Origin: Eledone cirrhosa
Taxonomy: Eukaryota
Direction of reading: 5' to 3'
DNA length: 64,000 nt
NCBI GenBank assembly: GCA_964016885.1
Contig: CAXHJY010001010.1
Span: 1-64,000 of the forward strand
The notes below the pieces were generated by a model. The model ran no database searches, was not told the origin of the DNA, and worked only from the letters and a program-made list of their open reading frames with translations. Made by a program: the position numbers and the translations under genes. Shown in pieces: positions 13,035-25,343 of this stretch (within the stretch, counting starts at the first letter, position 1; each line of letters starts with the position of its first letter).

Positions 13035-14372
13035 TTAGGCAAGGCAGCTCTTCTGTATTACTGTGTAGCGCCAAAGAACTCGGTTCAGTGACATTGTCTT
13101 GGAGAGGTGTAAGTGTGTGAGGTCGGAATTTATCAAGTCGTCCCAGGTTTTTCTGGGTCTGCCTACTCCGTGGCTACCGTCAATTTTTATCGCCCTGCAC
13201 TTTTTAATACTGCTGTCGTCTTTCATGCGCATCACGTGACCATACCAACGTAGTCTTCTCTCGAGTAAACAACATCTGATCCCTCTTATTCCTAATGTCT
13301 CCCTTAGTTCATTTATGCTTTGCCGTTCACGTATTACACATCCAACGGATCATGTCTGCGTATCAGTCTGCGTATATCCTCTGCACACAATGCCCAAGTC
13401 TCACTGCCATGTAACATTGCTGTTCGTATGCAGGCATCATACAGCCTGCCTTTCATTTTTAGAGAGAAACCTATAGCGGCCAATAGTGGTATAAGCTCTC
13501 TGAACTTATCCTATCCCGTTCTGACTCTAGCTACTGTACTTTTAGAGCACCCTCCACCACTGCTGATTTTGTCACCCAGGTAACGGAGGTGTCCACTATT
13601 TCTATAGAACTATCTGTGCAATGGAATGAGCTAGTATTCTGTGGGCACTTGCTGCTACTTACTGCACCTGAGCACCGGCCATATATAAAATCTATATTCT
13701 TAGTTAGCTTACCTGTGATCCCACTACATATTTTCTGCACCCATACTTTACATTTGGGACATAAAATGGAGTTTCGGCCTACTCCTTTCCGACACACTGA
13801 GAATGGCCATTTCCCAGATGGGACCAGTGCCTTATTTTCCTTCCCACAAACTAGAACTTTAGTCTTAGACAGTTTAATTTTAAGTCCTTTTGATTCTAGG
13901 CCATGCTTCCATGTTTGGAATTTCTTCTCTAGTTCAGCCATTGATTCAGCTATGAGCGTTAGATCAACTGCGTATAGAAGTTCCCATGGGCAGCCGGTCT
14001 TGAACTCCTCTGTTATAGCCTGAAGGGCAATAATTAATAGTAGGGGGCTAAGGACGGAGCCCTGATCAACACCATCTTTTAGGCTAAACTCTTCACTATA
14101 TTCGTTGTTAATTCTAACCTTGCTGACTGTTTCTTTATACATGGCTTGTATAGCTCTCACAAGCCATTCATCAACACCTAGTTTTCTAAGAGCCCACCAG
14201 ATAATGGAGCGGGGTACTCTGTCAAAGGCTTTCTCCAAGTCAACAAAAGCTAAGTATAGGGGTTTACTTTTAGCTATGTAGTTGTCGTACAATGAAAAGA
14301 CCGTCTGTGGTACTTTTCTCTGACACAAACCCGAACTGCATTTCATCTAGATCAATTCGCTCTCTGATATTC
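13035..14372 (-). pseudogene. 5'-truncated RTE-clade LINE: reverse transcriptase plus Cys-rich PHD-like insert and C-terminus, disrupted
   Basis: YLAFVDLEKAFDRVPR, GVDQGSVLSPLL, LYAVDL (degenerate YADD), CRKGVGRNSILCPKCKVWVQKICSGI, GRPRKTW. Confidence 0.92.
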
Positions 14373-14377
14373 ATATA

Positions 14378-16933
14378 TATTGGTGGAACACTGGAAGGTA
14401 ATATCCGTAGTGGTAGAGCACTCCGTCCATTGGACGAGTTAGGTAGAAGTGGTTAAACAACAGTTAGTTCACCATACCGATAACAATTATTTCACCTTAG
14501 CAGATCCCCAGCTCGGAATGCGCATGGTTATAGGAACAGGAAGGACAACCGTATGAACGGGCAGGCGCAGAAACCCGGTCACTTCACACAGGCAATACTA
14601 GACTGCGTGCGAGAGGTGTAAGGGACATAACTGCGAAAGTCTGAAATGTTTTTCGGTTGAAAATAAAAATACAAAGAATCAGCCTTGTAGTTATGCAATA
14701 GGTGTTTGGCGACGTGTGGACAACGTGTAAAAAATTCATTTTTCGTGTTTAAGCAATCACTATTGCGTAATCTCTTTAGAGTAGTTATTCGTTTGTCAAT
14801 AGATAAGCCACACGTCGGATTTGCCCTTGCGTATGGCTTGGATATAGTGATGACTTTCCATTGAATGGAGTAGTCTGTACTTGAGTCCTTGTGGGACCAT
14901 ACGTGGCTAGCGAGTTTCGTGGATGAACGTCTGTCCGGATACCTGGAGGTAGACTGGTGTTTCAGGAAACGTTCCTTAAATCGGCCCTCCGCCATGCCCA
15001 CATAGGATTTGACCTCCTGTGGTTCGTTTCGTCGGTTGGAAGTGACGACAGCTTCATAAATTACAGCTGGTGCGTTGCATTGCTGTTGAAGCGGGCAAGT
15101 TTCAGGCTTACGCAAGAGCACCCTGGTGAGGTGTTGCTCCTAGGGCTGCTGGTGATGTGGACCTTCATGTTTTTAGCGCAGGAGTATCCTAGTTTAACTT
15201 TGTGTCGGTTAAAGAGGGATCGGTATTTATGACCTATGGGAAAGTGTCTATCTAAGAGGGCTAGAAATTGTTTTCCTACATTGGTTTTAACGTTGAGTGA
15301 GAAGGGAGGAGAGAACCATATAGATTGTCTATTGTTGCGCTTACTTTTCTTAATGGTGTTGTTGCTAGTGGGAGAGAAAGTGATAGGTTGTGAGAAGCAG
15401 CTGTTAGCCAACGCCGTGTCATAGTAGGGTGCCGCCCTGTCAAAGATAGTCTTATTGGAGGATTGGTTTGAGATTCTAGTACTGATATTTTTAACGAAGC
15501 TTCTAAAAACAGTGGGAGGGTGGCATGAGTCCGTGTGAATGTAATTGAGTTTCTCTTTTAGCTTATTGAAGGGTCTGTGGGTGTGTGTGCGAAGGTCTAA
15601 ATTAATGTCTAAGAAATATACGCTAGAGAGGTTGGTGTCTACTGGTATCCTAAGTCCTAACTCCTTGAAGGTAGAAGCTAAGTCTTTTTTAAACCGGTCG
15701 ATGTCGTGACCACTTTTATGGCTCCATAAAGTCAGTCCATGGTCGCGGTATATTCCCGTGTGGAAGTCTGGAATCTAACACGTAATATGTCTAAGATAAA
15801 TAGGTTAACCAAGTCACATACGTCAGCACTGTCAAACGATCCCATGGAGACGTCGAATAGGTCTGAAGTTGTAAACTTCTTTGCCCAGGCTACTCCGTCG
15901 TTGAAGAGGAGGGTTTTCTGGCAGTGAGCGATGATTTCCCTGTTTAAACCATCGACGGTGGTATAAGTGGTAGCGAAGTCCAACGCTTTGTTTAACAGAG
16001 TCTTTGAGATCGACGGGTAAAAATCGACAATGTCGAACTGTGTGAACTTCGCTTTTTTGGATTTTAAGGAGTTAAACCACTTAATTACGGAGTCGCTGTT
16101 CTCCGACTGGGGCAGGATGGACTTGGTCCTAATGGTCTTAACCGTGTTTCTAAGTATGGCCTTACTGACTAGTCACATATCTGTACGTGCCGGGTTTATT
16201 AGTCTACATGTGAGGTTAGAAGTAAAGTCTACCTTGTGATATTTCAGGATGAGGAACGCCTCCCGCTTAGCTAGAGATTGTATCTTCTTATCCACCTTAA
16301 AGTCGGCGGCAAGTTCCTTGGCTTCTGTATTAATGTCGTCGTAGGCCATAGGGTCAGCTTTCTTATACTTAGAAGTAATAGCGTTATGGGCCAGGTGGCG
16401 GAAAGTGGTGTTGTTGACTTCGTAAATATTATTAGTTTTGTAGGAAAGAACGAATGTGTTATTAGAAGACCTAACTTTCTTAATATTATATCTGAGTTTC
16501 GTTTGACAGGTATTAGTGTGTTTGCGAAAAGAAATAGTAACGACTAAGTCAAGAAGGTCCGTCTCGAAAGGAACAAATTCAGTTACCTTAGGAGGGTAGG
16601 CTCTCAATTTCATGTTGAAGGTGTTGTTGGTGCCTGTAATTTTGCCGTCAAAAGCTAGGGCTCGCCATCTTAAGCGTCTGACGACATCTTCCGCTTTTTG
16701 TAGGAGGAGCTTTTGTTAAGCATTGTTGGAGGGAGTTGGAATGTTCTTCAGGGAGTAATCCAGTTCGTATAAATCAATACTGACGTTTATGAGACGCAAA
16801 ATTGTGTAGGACACGAGGCTATAGAGAGCTCTCTCATGGTAGTAAGCCAAACTCGTACGTGGTGAAGAATCTGCTAAAAGCCAAACTTCTACGTAGTGAA
16901 GAGAATCTGCTGACCGGTGCTGGAGACGTACAT
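14378..16933 (-). mobile_element. Apparently full-length Penelope-like element, family B (RT plus GIY-YIG), frameshifted; first unit of a tandem
   Basis: YSLKNIP N-terminus, FDVSMGSFDSADVCDLV RT motif, WFSPPFSLNVKTNVGKQFL, VIYEAVV...YVGMAEGRFKERF GIY-YIG; terminus tggtggaacactggaagg recurs at 16936 and 27636. Confidence 0.92.
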
Positions 16934-17031
16934 AGTGGTGGAACACTGGAAGGTAATATCCGTAGTGGTAGAGCACTCAGTCCATGGGACGAGTTAGGTA
17001 GAAGTGGTTACACAACAGTTACTTCACCATA

Positions 17032-17071
17032 CCGAGAACAATTGTTTCATCTTAGCGGATCCTCAGCTCGG
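17032..17071 (-). ncRNA. Minimal type I hammerhead ribozyme in PLE family B terminus
   Basis: ccgag CUGAGGA ucc-gcuaa-gau GAAAC aauu GUU cucgg; stem I 5 bp; degenerate copy at 14477-14516. Confidence 0.75.
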
Positions 17072-17949
17072 AATGGGCATGGTTATAGGAACAGGAAGGA
17101 CAACCGTACGAATGCGCAGAAACCCGGTCACTTCACACAGGCAATACTAGACTGCGTGCGAGAGTTGTAAGGGAGATAACTGCGAAAGTTCGAACAGTTT
17201 TTAGGTTGAAAATAAAAATACAAAGAATCAGTCCGGCTCCTTGTAGTTATTCAATAGGTGTTTGGCGACGTGTGGAAACCTGTAAAAAATTCATTTTTCG
17301 TGTTGAGGCAATCACTATTGAGGCAATCACTATTGCGTAATCACTTTAGAATAGTTATTTTTTCGTCAATACATAAGCCACACGTCGGAATTCCCCTTGC
17401 GTATTGCTTGGACTTAGTGATGGCTTTCCATTGAATGGAGTAGTCTGTACTTGAGTCCTTGACCACACGTGGCTCGCGAGTTTCGTGGATGAACATCTGC
17501 CCGGGTACATGAAGGTAGACTGGTGGTTCAGGAAACGTTCCTTAAATCGGCCCTCCGCCATGCCCACATAGAATTTGACCTCCTGTGGTTCATTTGGTCG
17601 GTTGGAAATGACGACAGCTTCATAAATTACAGCTCGTGTGTTGCATTGCTGTTGAAGGGGGAAAGTTTCAGGCTTACGGCAAGAGCATCCTGGTAGGGTT
17701 GTGCTCCTAGGGCTGCTGGTGATGTGGGCCTTCATGTTCTTAGCGCAGGAGTATCCTAGTTTAACTTTGTGTCGGTTAAAGATGGATCCGTATTTATGAC
17801 CCCTGGGAAAGTGTCTATCTAAGAGGGCTAGAAATCTTTTTCCTACATTGGTTTTAACGTTGAGTGAGAAGGGAGGAGAGAACCAGATAATTTGTCTATT
17901 GTTGCGCTTACCTTTCTTAAGGGTGTTGTTGCTAGTGTGGGAGAGTAAG

Positions 17950-17985
17950 GAGCTGAGGATCCGCTAAGGTGAAACAATTGTTCTC
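17950..17985 (+). ncRNA. Minimal hammerhead ribozyme (inverted copy)
   Basis: gag CUGAGGA u cc gcuaa gg u GAAAC aauu GUU cuc. Confidence 0.75.
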
Positions 17986-18017
17986 GGTATGGTGAACTAA
18001 CTGTTGTGTAACCACTT

Positions 18018-18098
<81 letters not shown>

Positions 18099-18339
18099 GA
18101 AAGACGTAAAATAAAAAAATTATAAAAATTAACTTACTTACTAAAATTTCACTCTAACTAATTAGTTTCTGAAAGGGAATAAACATGGTTTCCGAATCGA
18201 ACACATGGAGAAGGCCTTTCGTCATCAGGGAAGTCTATTCTCAGCTAAGTTCCCAGGCAATGCGTGGACACAGGGAACTTATACAAAAATAATTCAGTGG
18301 ATGGAAAAAAGCAAGCGTGGACTAAGTTCCAAGACATTG

Positions 18340-18404
<65 letters not shown>

Positions 18405-18434
18405 AAAGAATAGAGGTGTAACACACAAGTTATT

Positions 18435-18675
18435 ATATATTGGTAAACGGAATAGAAAATGCTGACAAATTGTTCACAGTTGAAAGAGCAAACAGCACGG
18501 ACACTCTATCTCAAAATTATTTTTGAAAAGCATTTAGAAATGCGCAACCGGTAAAAACTGAAAAAACTTAAAACCACAACTGAATACTAACCCATACAAT
18601 CACTAATACTCATTTATTCGTAATTAAACCATTTTTCAACTGTGAACAATTTGTCAGCATTTTCTATTCCGTTTA

Positions 18676-18684
<9 letters not shown>
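18435..18684. repeat. TA-flanked fold-back with ~50 bp perfect inverted arms
   Basis: tatattggtaaacggaatagaaaatgctgacaaattgttcacagttgaaa and its reverse complement at ~18634-18684. Confidence 0.8.
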
Positions 18685-18726
<42 letters not shown>

Positions 18727-18727
18727 G

Positions 18728-18757
<30 letters not shown>

Positions 18758-18759
<2 letters not shown>

Positions 18760-20063
18760 GGGTGCAGAGGATATTTGTTCGCAAGATTTCTGTCTAGAAA
18801 AATTTAACATAGTAGTTTAATTTTTTAAGATATATTTATCAAACCTGGGTCAGTTTGTCTTCATGACTTGTCCTTTCGATCTCACTCGATAAAGCCACCA
18901 TTGGCTTTGATGACGGCCTCAAGGCGGCCTCGGAATCAGCTACAGGCCTTCGTCACTGTCACCCGACTTAGGCCCCTAAAGGCACTTGTGATCCTGGCTT
19001 TCAGATCGTCTTTCGTATTGCAGCTAGATCTGTTGGTGTCTCGTTCCACTGCGCCCCACACAAAGAAGTCGAGGGGGTTGCAGTCAGGCGAGCTGGCAAG
19101 CCAGATGTCAGGTGAACTGTGGTCGACGAAGTTCTCTGACAACCAGGCTTGGGTCTTTCGGCTGGTATGGCAGGGCGCTGAGTCTTTCTGCCACACGTAC
19201 GGCGTACCTGCAGCTACCTGGTCGATCCAGGGCTTTACTACCTCGCTCAGAACGCGGATGTAGCCATCGGTGTTCAGCTTGAGGCCCTCAGGGAAGAAGT
19301 CAGGTGGCATGACGTCACCTTCACTGCTGACGACACCTAAGACCAATGTTGTCACTGGAAACTTTGTCTGCATGACTCTGGGCACGTCTCTGGACGAGAC
19401 AGCGAGCCACCTGTTGTTCTGGGAGTTGATCTTCTGGTCTTGGCAGAAGTTTTTTTCGTCGGAGAAAAACCACCGCATTTCTGGCTCCAGTGGGTGTTTC
19501 AACTTGTTGATCAGCTTCTTTCCGTGCTTCAGTCGCTTTTCTTGCATCGCCTTTGAGAGAAATTGTCCTTTCCTCATCTTGTATGAAACGTAACAAATGT
19601 CATCATGTACCACCAGCCTAATTAGCTTTTCATCCACGCCTTTCTCCCGTGCAACGGAACGCATCGACTTGCTAGGTTCATTGTTGATGATATCCTGAAC
19701 TTCAGCGACAAATTCGGGCGTTCTGAAGGCGTCAGATCGTCGTTCATATGATTTTCTCTCTGATGTTGCTTCGTAGTCGAATCCTGAATCTTCCAATTCC
19801 TTTCTGACCTTTTCCAACATTCTCTTGCTGATGCTGAGAACGTCTGAAATTTCCTTATTTGTCCTCCCGGCGCGGATTCCAAGAAGAACTCCGTGTCTCT
19901 TTCACAAATTTGGAGGTTCAAAATTATTCATAATCAATTATTCTGAAAATAAATAATGGAAATATAGTCACTGTTTTTATGAAGACAAGAGTGACAACGG
20001 AAGTACAAAAGTTTGCATAAAATTAGCAGTTGAAAATTGCAAACAAATATCGTCCACACCCTG
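18758..20063 (-). mobile_element. Full-length Tc1/mariner superfamily DD37D (maT) transposon, ~1.3 kb
   Basis: Imperfect ~30 bp TIRs (cagggtgtggacgatatttgtttgcaa), TA flanks, encodes a transposase. Confidence 0.93.
18882..19931 (-). pseudogene. DD37D transposase with two in-frame stops
   Basis: MNNFEPPNL*KRH...; FSDEKNF; KDSAPCH-(37 aa between Asp residues)-SPDCNPLDF; continues *FRGRLEAVIKANGGFIE*. Confidence 0.9.
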
Positions 20064-20101
20064 TATATATATATATAATATAAATATATATAATATATAT
20101 A

Positions 20102-20169
<68 letters not shown>

Positions 20170-20170
20170 C

Positions 20171-21145
20171 AATTGAGATAAGCGGAACAAGTAAAATTCA
20201 AACAATCTTTCAAAATAGATTTAAAAAATATAATTTAAATATTTACCTATCCTTACTGCTTTTACCGACGGTTTCGCCTCACAAAAGATTGAAAATCCGA
20301 GGGACTCCCAATGGAAAGTTCGGCTCTTCAGAAAGCATTTTCCCTTACATAGGAAATAAAGTCCCACAGCCGGCAAATATATTGCCTTCAGCCAGCTAGT
20401 GCAGGATCGAATGTGGCCATAAACGTGACCTACACGCGAACTGGTCGTTAGTAGAAGCGGGAGTAGCATAGACGTGTTGTCTGCCATACCACTAAAAATA
20501 GCAGTGAGGTACACAACGGATTTTTTCTCTACACATGGGAGAATTTACATAAAATGAGAGTACCCTCGGAAATAAATAGGGTGTCTATGATACAGTTGTT
20601 GTTCAAAGGTATTAATTTGACATACCAGAACTATAAAATTGAGATAAGCGGAACAAGTAAAATTCCAACAATCTTTCAAAATAAATTCAAAAAATATAAT
20701 TTAAATATTTACCTATCCATATTGCTTTTACCGACGGTTTCGCCTCACAAAAGATTGGAAATCCGAGGTCTATGCTACTCCCACTTCTACTAACGACCAG
20801 TTCACGTGTAGGTCACGTTTACGGCCCCATTCGATCCTGCACTAGCTGGCTGAAGGCAATATATTTGCCGGCTGTGGGACTTTATGTCCTGTGTAAGGGA
20901 AAATGCTTTGTGAAGGGCCGAACTTTCCATTGGAAGTCCCTCGGATTTCCAATCTTTTGTGAGGCGAAACCGTCGGTAAAAGTAATATGGATAGGTACAT
21001 ATTTAAATTATATTTTTTGAATTTATTTTGAAAGATTGTTTGAATTTTACTTGTTCCGCTTATCTCAATTTTATAGTTCTGGTATGTCAAAAAAAACTGT
21101 AAAAACAACTGTATCATAGACACCCTATATATTTCCGAGGGTACT
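20171..21145 (-). mobile_element. Non-coding retrozyme-like element: 466 bp monomer, ~133 bp direct repeat and inverted junction-spanning copy
   Basis: 20171-20303 repeats at 20637-20769; 20771-21145 is the reverse complement of 20470-20171 continuing into 20636-20559; contains HHR. Confidence 0.8.
20257..20337 (-). ncRNA. Type I hammerhead ribozyme with extended stem II
   Basis: ugcuuu CUGAAGA gcc...ggc GAAAC cgucg GUA aaagca; copy with mutated core on + at 20904-20984. Confidence 0.85.
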
Positions 21146-21219
21146 AGGTACCTGTGGGATATTGATCTAATGTTATATATATATGTATATATATATGTAT
21201 ATATATAGGAACCAGTAAG

Positions 21220-21313
21220 ACCCCGATAGCTGAGCTCAAGCCGTTTCGACGGCTAATTCTGGACTAAATGAAAATTTATCCTGGTATTTAAATAGCCGAT
21301 CTTCTCAAGGGGT
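21220..21313 (-). ncRNA. Variant hammerhead-like motif (U3-A8 core)
   Basis: acccc UUGAGAA ga(u)cggcua...uagccguc GAAAC ggcuugagcucagcu AUC ggggu. Confidence 0.55.
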
Positions 21314-21394
21314 AATTCCATATATGGTCAAAGTGATTGTCAAAAATCAGTAGTAATTCTGTGGTTGCAAATTAGTAGGGGAGATGGTGGCTAA

Positions 21395-22183
21395 ACCTGC
21401 CAGTAGGAGAAAGAGGGGAGGGGGTGGAGTAGCCCCAATCAAGCGTTTGTAGTGCCAGCTACAGCTGGGCATGAGGTCAAAGAAGATACGGGGGAGGGGG
21501 AGGGGGGGGGGAAGTCGGAACGGTAGGTAGAACAATGGGAGGTAGAAATATATAGGAAAGAAAAAATACTGAGAGTGAAGAAAAGCAAATAAGTGTAAAG
21601 AAAAACAAATGAGTGTAAAGAAAAAAGTTAAGTAAATTAAATTCTACGACCTAGGTCTCTAGCTATTGTTAGTCTGGAATAAATAAATAAATAAAGAATT
21701 GTGCCCGGGATGGAAACCTTTATTGTTTATTTCTTGGTAGTCTCTTTAGTATTTTGGCCCCTTTTGTTGACCCGTCACCGTATCATTTACGTACTTATAC
21801 CTCTTAAAAGGGTCCTCGCCTATTCCGTCCCACCTAGTTCTTTTACTTATTTCGTTATTTCTTTATTTCTTTCTTTACTTCTTTCTTTCTTTATTTATTT
21901 ATTTATTCTAGACTAACAATAGCTAGAGACCTAGGTCGTAGAATTTAATTTACTTTACTTTTTTCTTTACACTCATTTGTTTTTCTTTACACTTATTTGC
22001 TTTTCTTCACTCTCAGTATTTTTTCTTTCCTATATATTTCTACCTCCCATTGTTCTACCTACCGTTCCGACTTCCTCCCCCTCCCCCTCCCCTGTATCTT
22101 CTTTGACCTCATGCCCAGCTGTAGCTGGCACTACAAACGCTTGATTGGGGCTACTCCACCTCCTCCCCTCTTTCTCCTACTGG
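21395..22183. repeat. ~290 bp inverted repeat pair, probably the inverted pLTR of a PLE
   Basis: 21395-21690 is the near-perfect reverse complement of 21890-22183. Confidence 0.85.
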
Positions 22184-22457
22184 CTAAGTTTCGCGCCAAT
22201 TCGTGTTGCAAAAATTCTTGTGGTCAAAACAATTTTGATTGGTTGGTAGAGGTCATGTGAATGTTAAAAATTGATTTTGCGCCAAATGTAGGTTTGTGTC
22301 GGCTGATTGAGAAGTCACTGAAAAATAAGTCTTTCAAAGCAAATATGTGTGTGCGTGTGTGTAGTAGTAGTAGTAAAGAGGTTCGTTGTTGTGATAATGA
22401 TCAGCAGGGATGTGTGTGCGAACCGCAGCCTGTTGACAGTTCAAATGCCTATTAAGA

Positions 22458-22508
<51 letters not shown>

Positions 22509-23167
22509 GAGAGTAATTCGTGGTAGAGGGATGGTCAGTAGGAATGTGTCTGTAAGTGTGTGTGGGATATTTTAACATGTTAAAAGATATTTTTCAGCTC
22601 TTGTCTTATACGGAGAAGTGTGTGTGTGTATATGTCTCTTTGTATGTTAATGTACGCGTGTGTATATGTGTGTGTATATATGTGTGTGTGTGTGTGTGAG
22701 AATGTGTGTGTGTGTGTGTGTGTGGGTGGACCACTATTTATTTTTGTGATACTGGTAAAATGGTGTACATTATTCGATATTTTAAGTAAAAACGATTCTC
22801 TCAATAGAACATGAAAAACCTTAATAATAAAAGGTGTGAAATGATATATAGTATTGGCATAAGACCAAGGTGTGTGTGAGTGTCCAGATTGTACGTACTG
22901 CAAGGGGAATCCATTAGGCCTTGCCGTATTGGAATACTTGTGTACAAATATGTATGTGCCCATCAGTGTGCAATGCATGTGTGCGTTTATGTATGTGTGT
23001 GTGTCGGCACGTTTATATCTATAGACATCAAAAGATATGCAAATGTGTGTATATTTGTGTTGCACCATATAACATGTGTGTTTACGTATGTCATTGTGTT
23101 TATATGTGGATAGAGATGTATGCTGATGTAGGTATGTATGTTGACGTGTGTATGTTGTGGATTCGTC

Positions 23168-25295
23168 TTAGGGAGAAGTGTTTAGACGGGGTCCGTATTT
23201 GTTAATAAAGTAAGATTCCTTGCTGATGCGCTGGGTGTGGGTGGCATTATCTTTAAATTTGTATAGGGGAAAGATTCTGAAGTTGGGATGATTTTGGGCG
23301 GCACAGGTATCAATGTGTTCACTCAGTGGTATTTTCCTGTATTCCCGTATTTTACTTTTGGATCTATGGACAATCATGTGTTCGCGGTGGCTGTTTTTGG
23401 TCTGGCCTATGTATTGTTCTCGACAACCTGAGCAAGTTAATACATATATTATATTTTTGATGCGCATGTGAAATTGTGTTTTACTATAAAACGTTGTCCT
23501 TCTTTGAAATAGAATTGCGAACCCTCTATTAGGTTGATGCATATGCCACAGTTGGGTCTATCGCATTTTTTTTACTGTGGGTTCCGTTGTTGTGGTTGGC
23601 AGTACTTTGGCATGTGTTAGGATGTTTTTCATTGACTTAGATTGTCTTTTGCTCTTTATGATATCGTGTGTTCGTAGGATTTGGTTCATTCTATGGTCAT
23701 TTTTCAACACAGGGATGTTCTGGAGGATGGTGTCAAAGGCCTCATTGTTGAGGGGGTTGTGTGTGGAGATGTATGGAAGAGCTTTTAGTTTCGGTTGATT
23801 TACTTTAGGGTGTCTAAGGTCCTGGGTACTGAGTTTAGGGAACGTTGGATTCCATTGTCAATTAGTGATGCAGGGTAGTCCCTGCCTATGAGTGTGTCCT
23901 TTAGTTCTTGTAGCCGTAAATAGCAGGTGTTTTTATTGGAGACTATAGTACATATTCTCTTGGCTAAGTTGTAGGAATATTAATTTTAACGTGTCTAAGG
24001 TGGCAAGAGTTGAAAGGAAGATATTGCTTGGAGTCTGTGGGCTTGTAGTATATGTCTGTTTCTATTTTTTTTGTTATGGATCTTAATGAGGATGTCGCGG
24101 AAGGGGAGTTGTTGATGGCTGTATTCCATCGTGAAGTTAATATTCGTGTTGAGCCCATTTATAAGGGTGTGAAATTCTTTAAGTTTCTCGATGTTTTCGT
24201 GCCAAAGGATGAAGCAGTCATCTAGATATCGCTTCCTGTTCCTTTCTATGTGTAAGTGGAGAGTGTTTCCAAATTTGTTTAGTACTTTAGTGTAGAGGGT
24301 GATTTCCAGGTATCCCATGACTAGGTTGGGATAAGTGGCGGCTGTTTTCGTTCCCATAGCGGTCCCAGATTTCTGTCTGTAGGGTTTGTTATTGAAAACG
24401 AAGTAATTGTTCTCCAAGATAAATTTGAGTCCCTCTATCACGAATTCTTTTCTGATGCGTTGTGGGAGTTCATTGTGGTAATTATCCAGCCAGAATTGGA
24501 TAGCTTCTATTCCTAGGTTGTGGGGGATGTTGGAGTAGAGGTTGACTACATCGAACATCACTAGTAGGGTTTGTTCAGAAAGGGGCATATTAGGGAGGTG
24601 ATTGAGCATATCTTGGTCGTCCCTTATATAGCTTTTGATGTGTTTGAGAAAAGGCTTGAGAAGGGTATCAATGAAGTTGCTAAGGCGGTGGGTTTCGCAA
24701 GCGGGGCCTGCTATTATAGGTCTTAATTTGAGATCATTGGATGAGGGGACATTGATGACTATGTCTGTGGCTTCCTTGCATGCCTTACTTATTAATTCGC
24801 TTTTATGTACTTTAGGGATACCGTAGAAAAGGCTGGATTTACTTGTGAAGTCTGTGATGAAGCTGAATTCCTTGTTAGTGAGTCCTTCTTTGTATTGGTT
24901 GATCAGAGTTTTTAGGTTTCTCATAATTTTCTGTTGATTGTAGTGTTCAGCCTTTTCGTAGTGTTTCGTTTTCCAATGTGGAGAGCGCTAAGTTGATATA
25001 GAATTCTGTCTCCATTAGGACTACTGTACTCCCTTTATCAGCCTCTTTAATTGTAATGGTTCTGTCGGTTTTTAATCTATTTAATTCTTCCCATTCTTTC
25101 TTGTTGAGGTTTGGCTTGTGTTTTTGTCTGTGCAAGTGTTGGTAAGGGAAGTTTGCGATGTGTTCACAGAATTCGTCCAGGATTTTATTTCTACCTTTTG
25201 ATGGGGTGTAATTGCTTCTATTTCTGGCTAATGATTCATCCTCATTGTACTGGTCGAATAGTTCTTCACTGAGTCGTAACTTTCTACAGAAGTCT

Positions 25296-25300
<5 letters not shown>
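23168..25300 (-). mobile_element. 5'-truncated, frameshifted Penelope-like element (Neptune-like), RT plus GIY-YIG
   Basis: FYGIPKVHK, LRPIIAGP, FDVVNLYSNIPH, QKSGTAMGT, RYLDDCF, YKPTDSKQYL, IIYVLTCSGCREQYIGQT. Confidence 0.93.

Positions 25301-25339
<39 letters not shown>

Positions 25340-25343
<4 letters not shown>

Larger units (their letters stand above)
16934..18020 (-). mobile_element. 5'-truncated second family B PLE unit acting as upstream pLTR, capped by a ~70 bp inverted copy (17950-18020)
   Basis: Copy of 14378-15375; 17950-18020 is the reverse complement of ~17000-17069. Confidence 0.9.

Noticed and set aside
18161-18240. Minus-strand CUGAUGA cgaa...uucg GAAAC
   Set aside because: No convincing stem III/NUH or stem I partner could be formed; at best a decayed HHR
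18936-19904. In-frame TGA codons in the transposase as possible selenocysteine or readthrough
   Set aside because: Most simply TGG/CGA to TGA decay; no SECIS evidence
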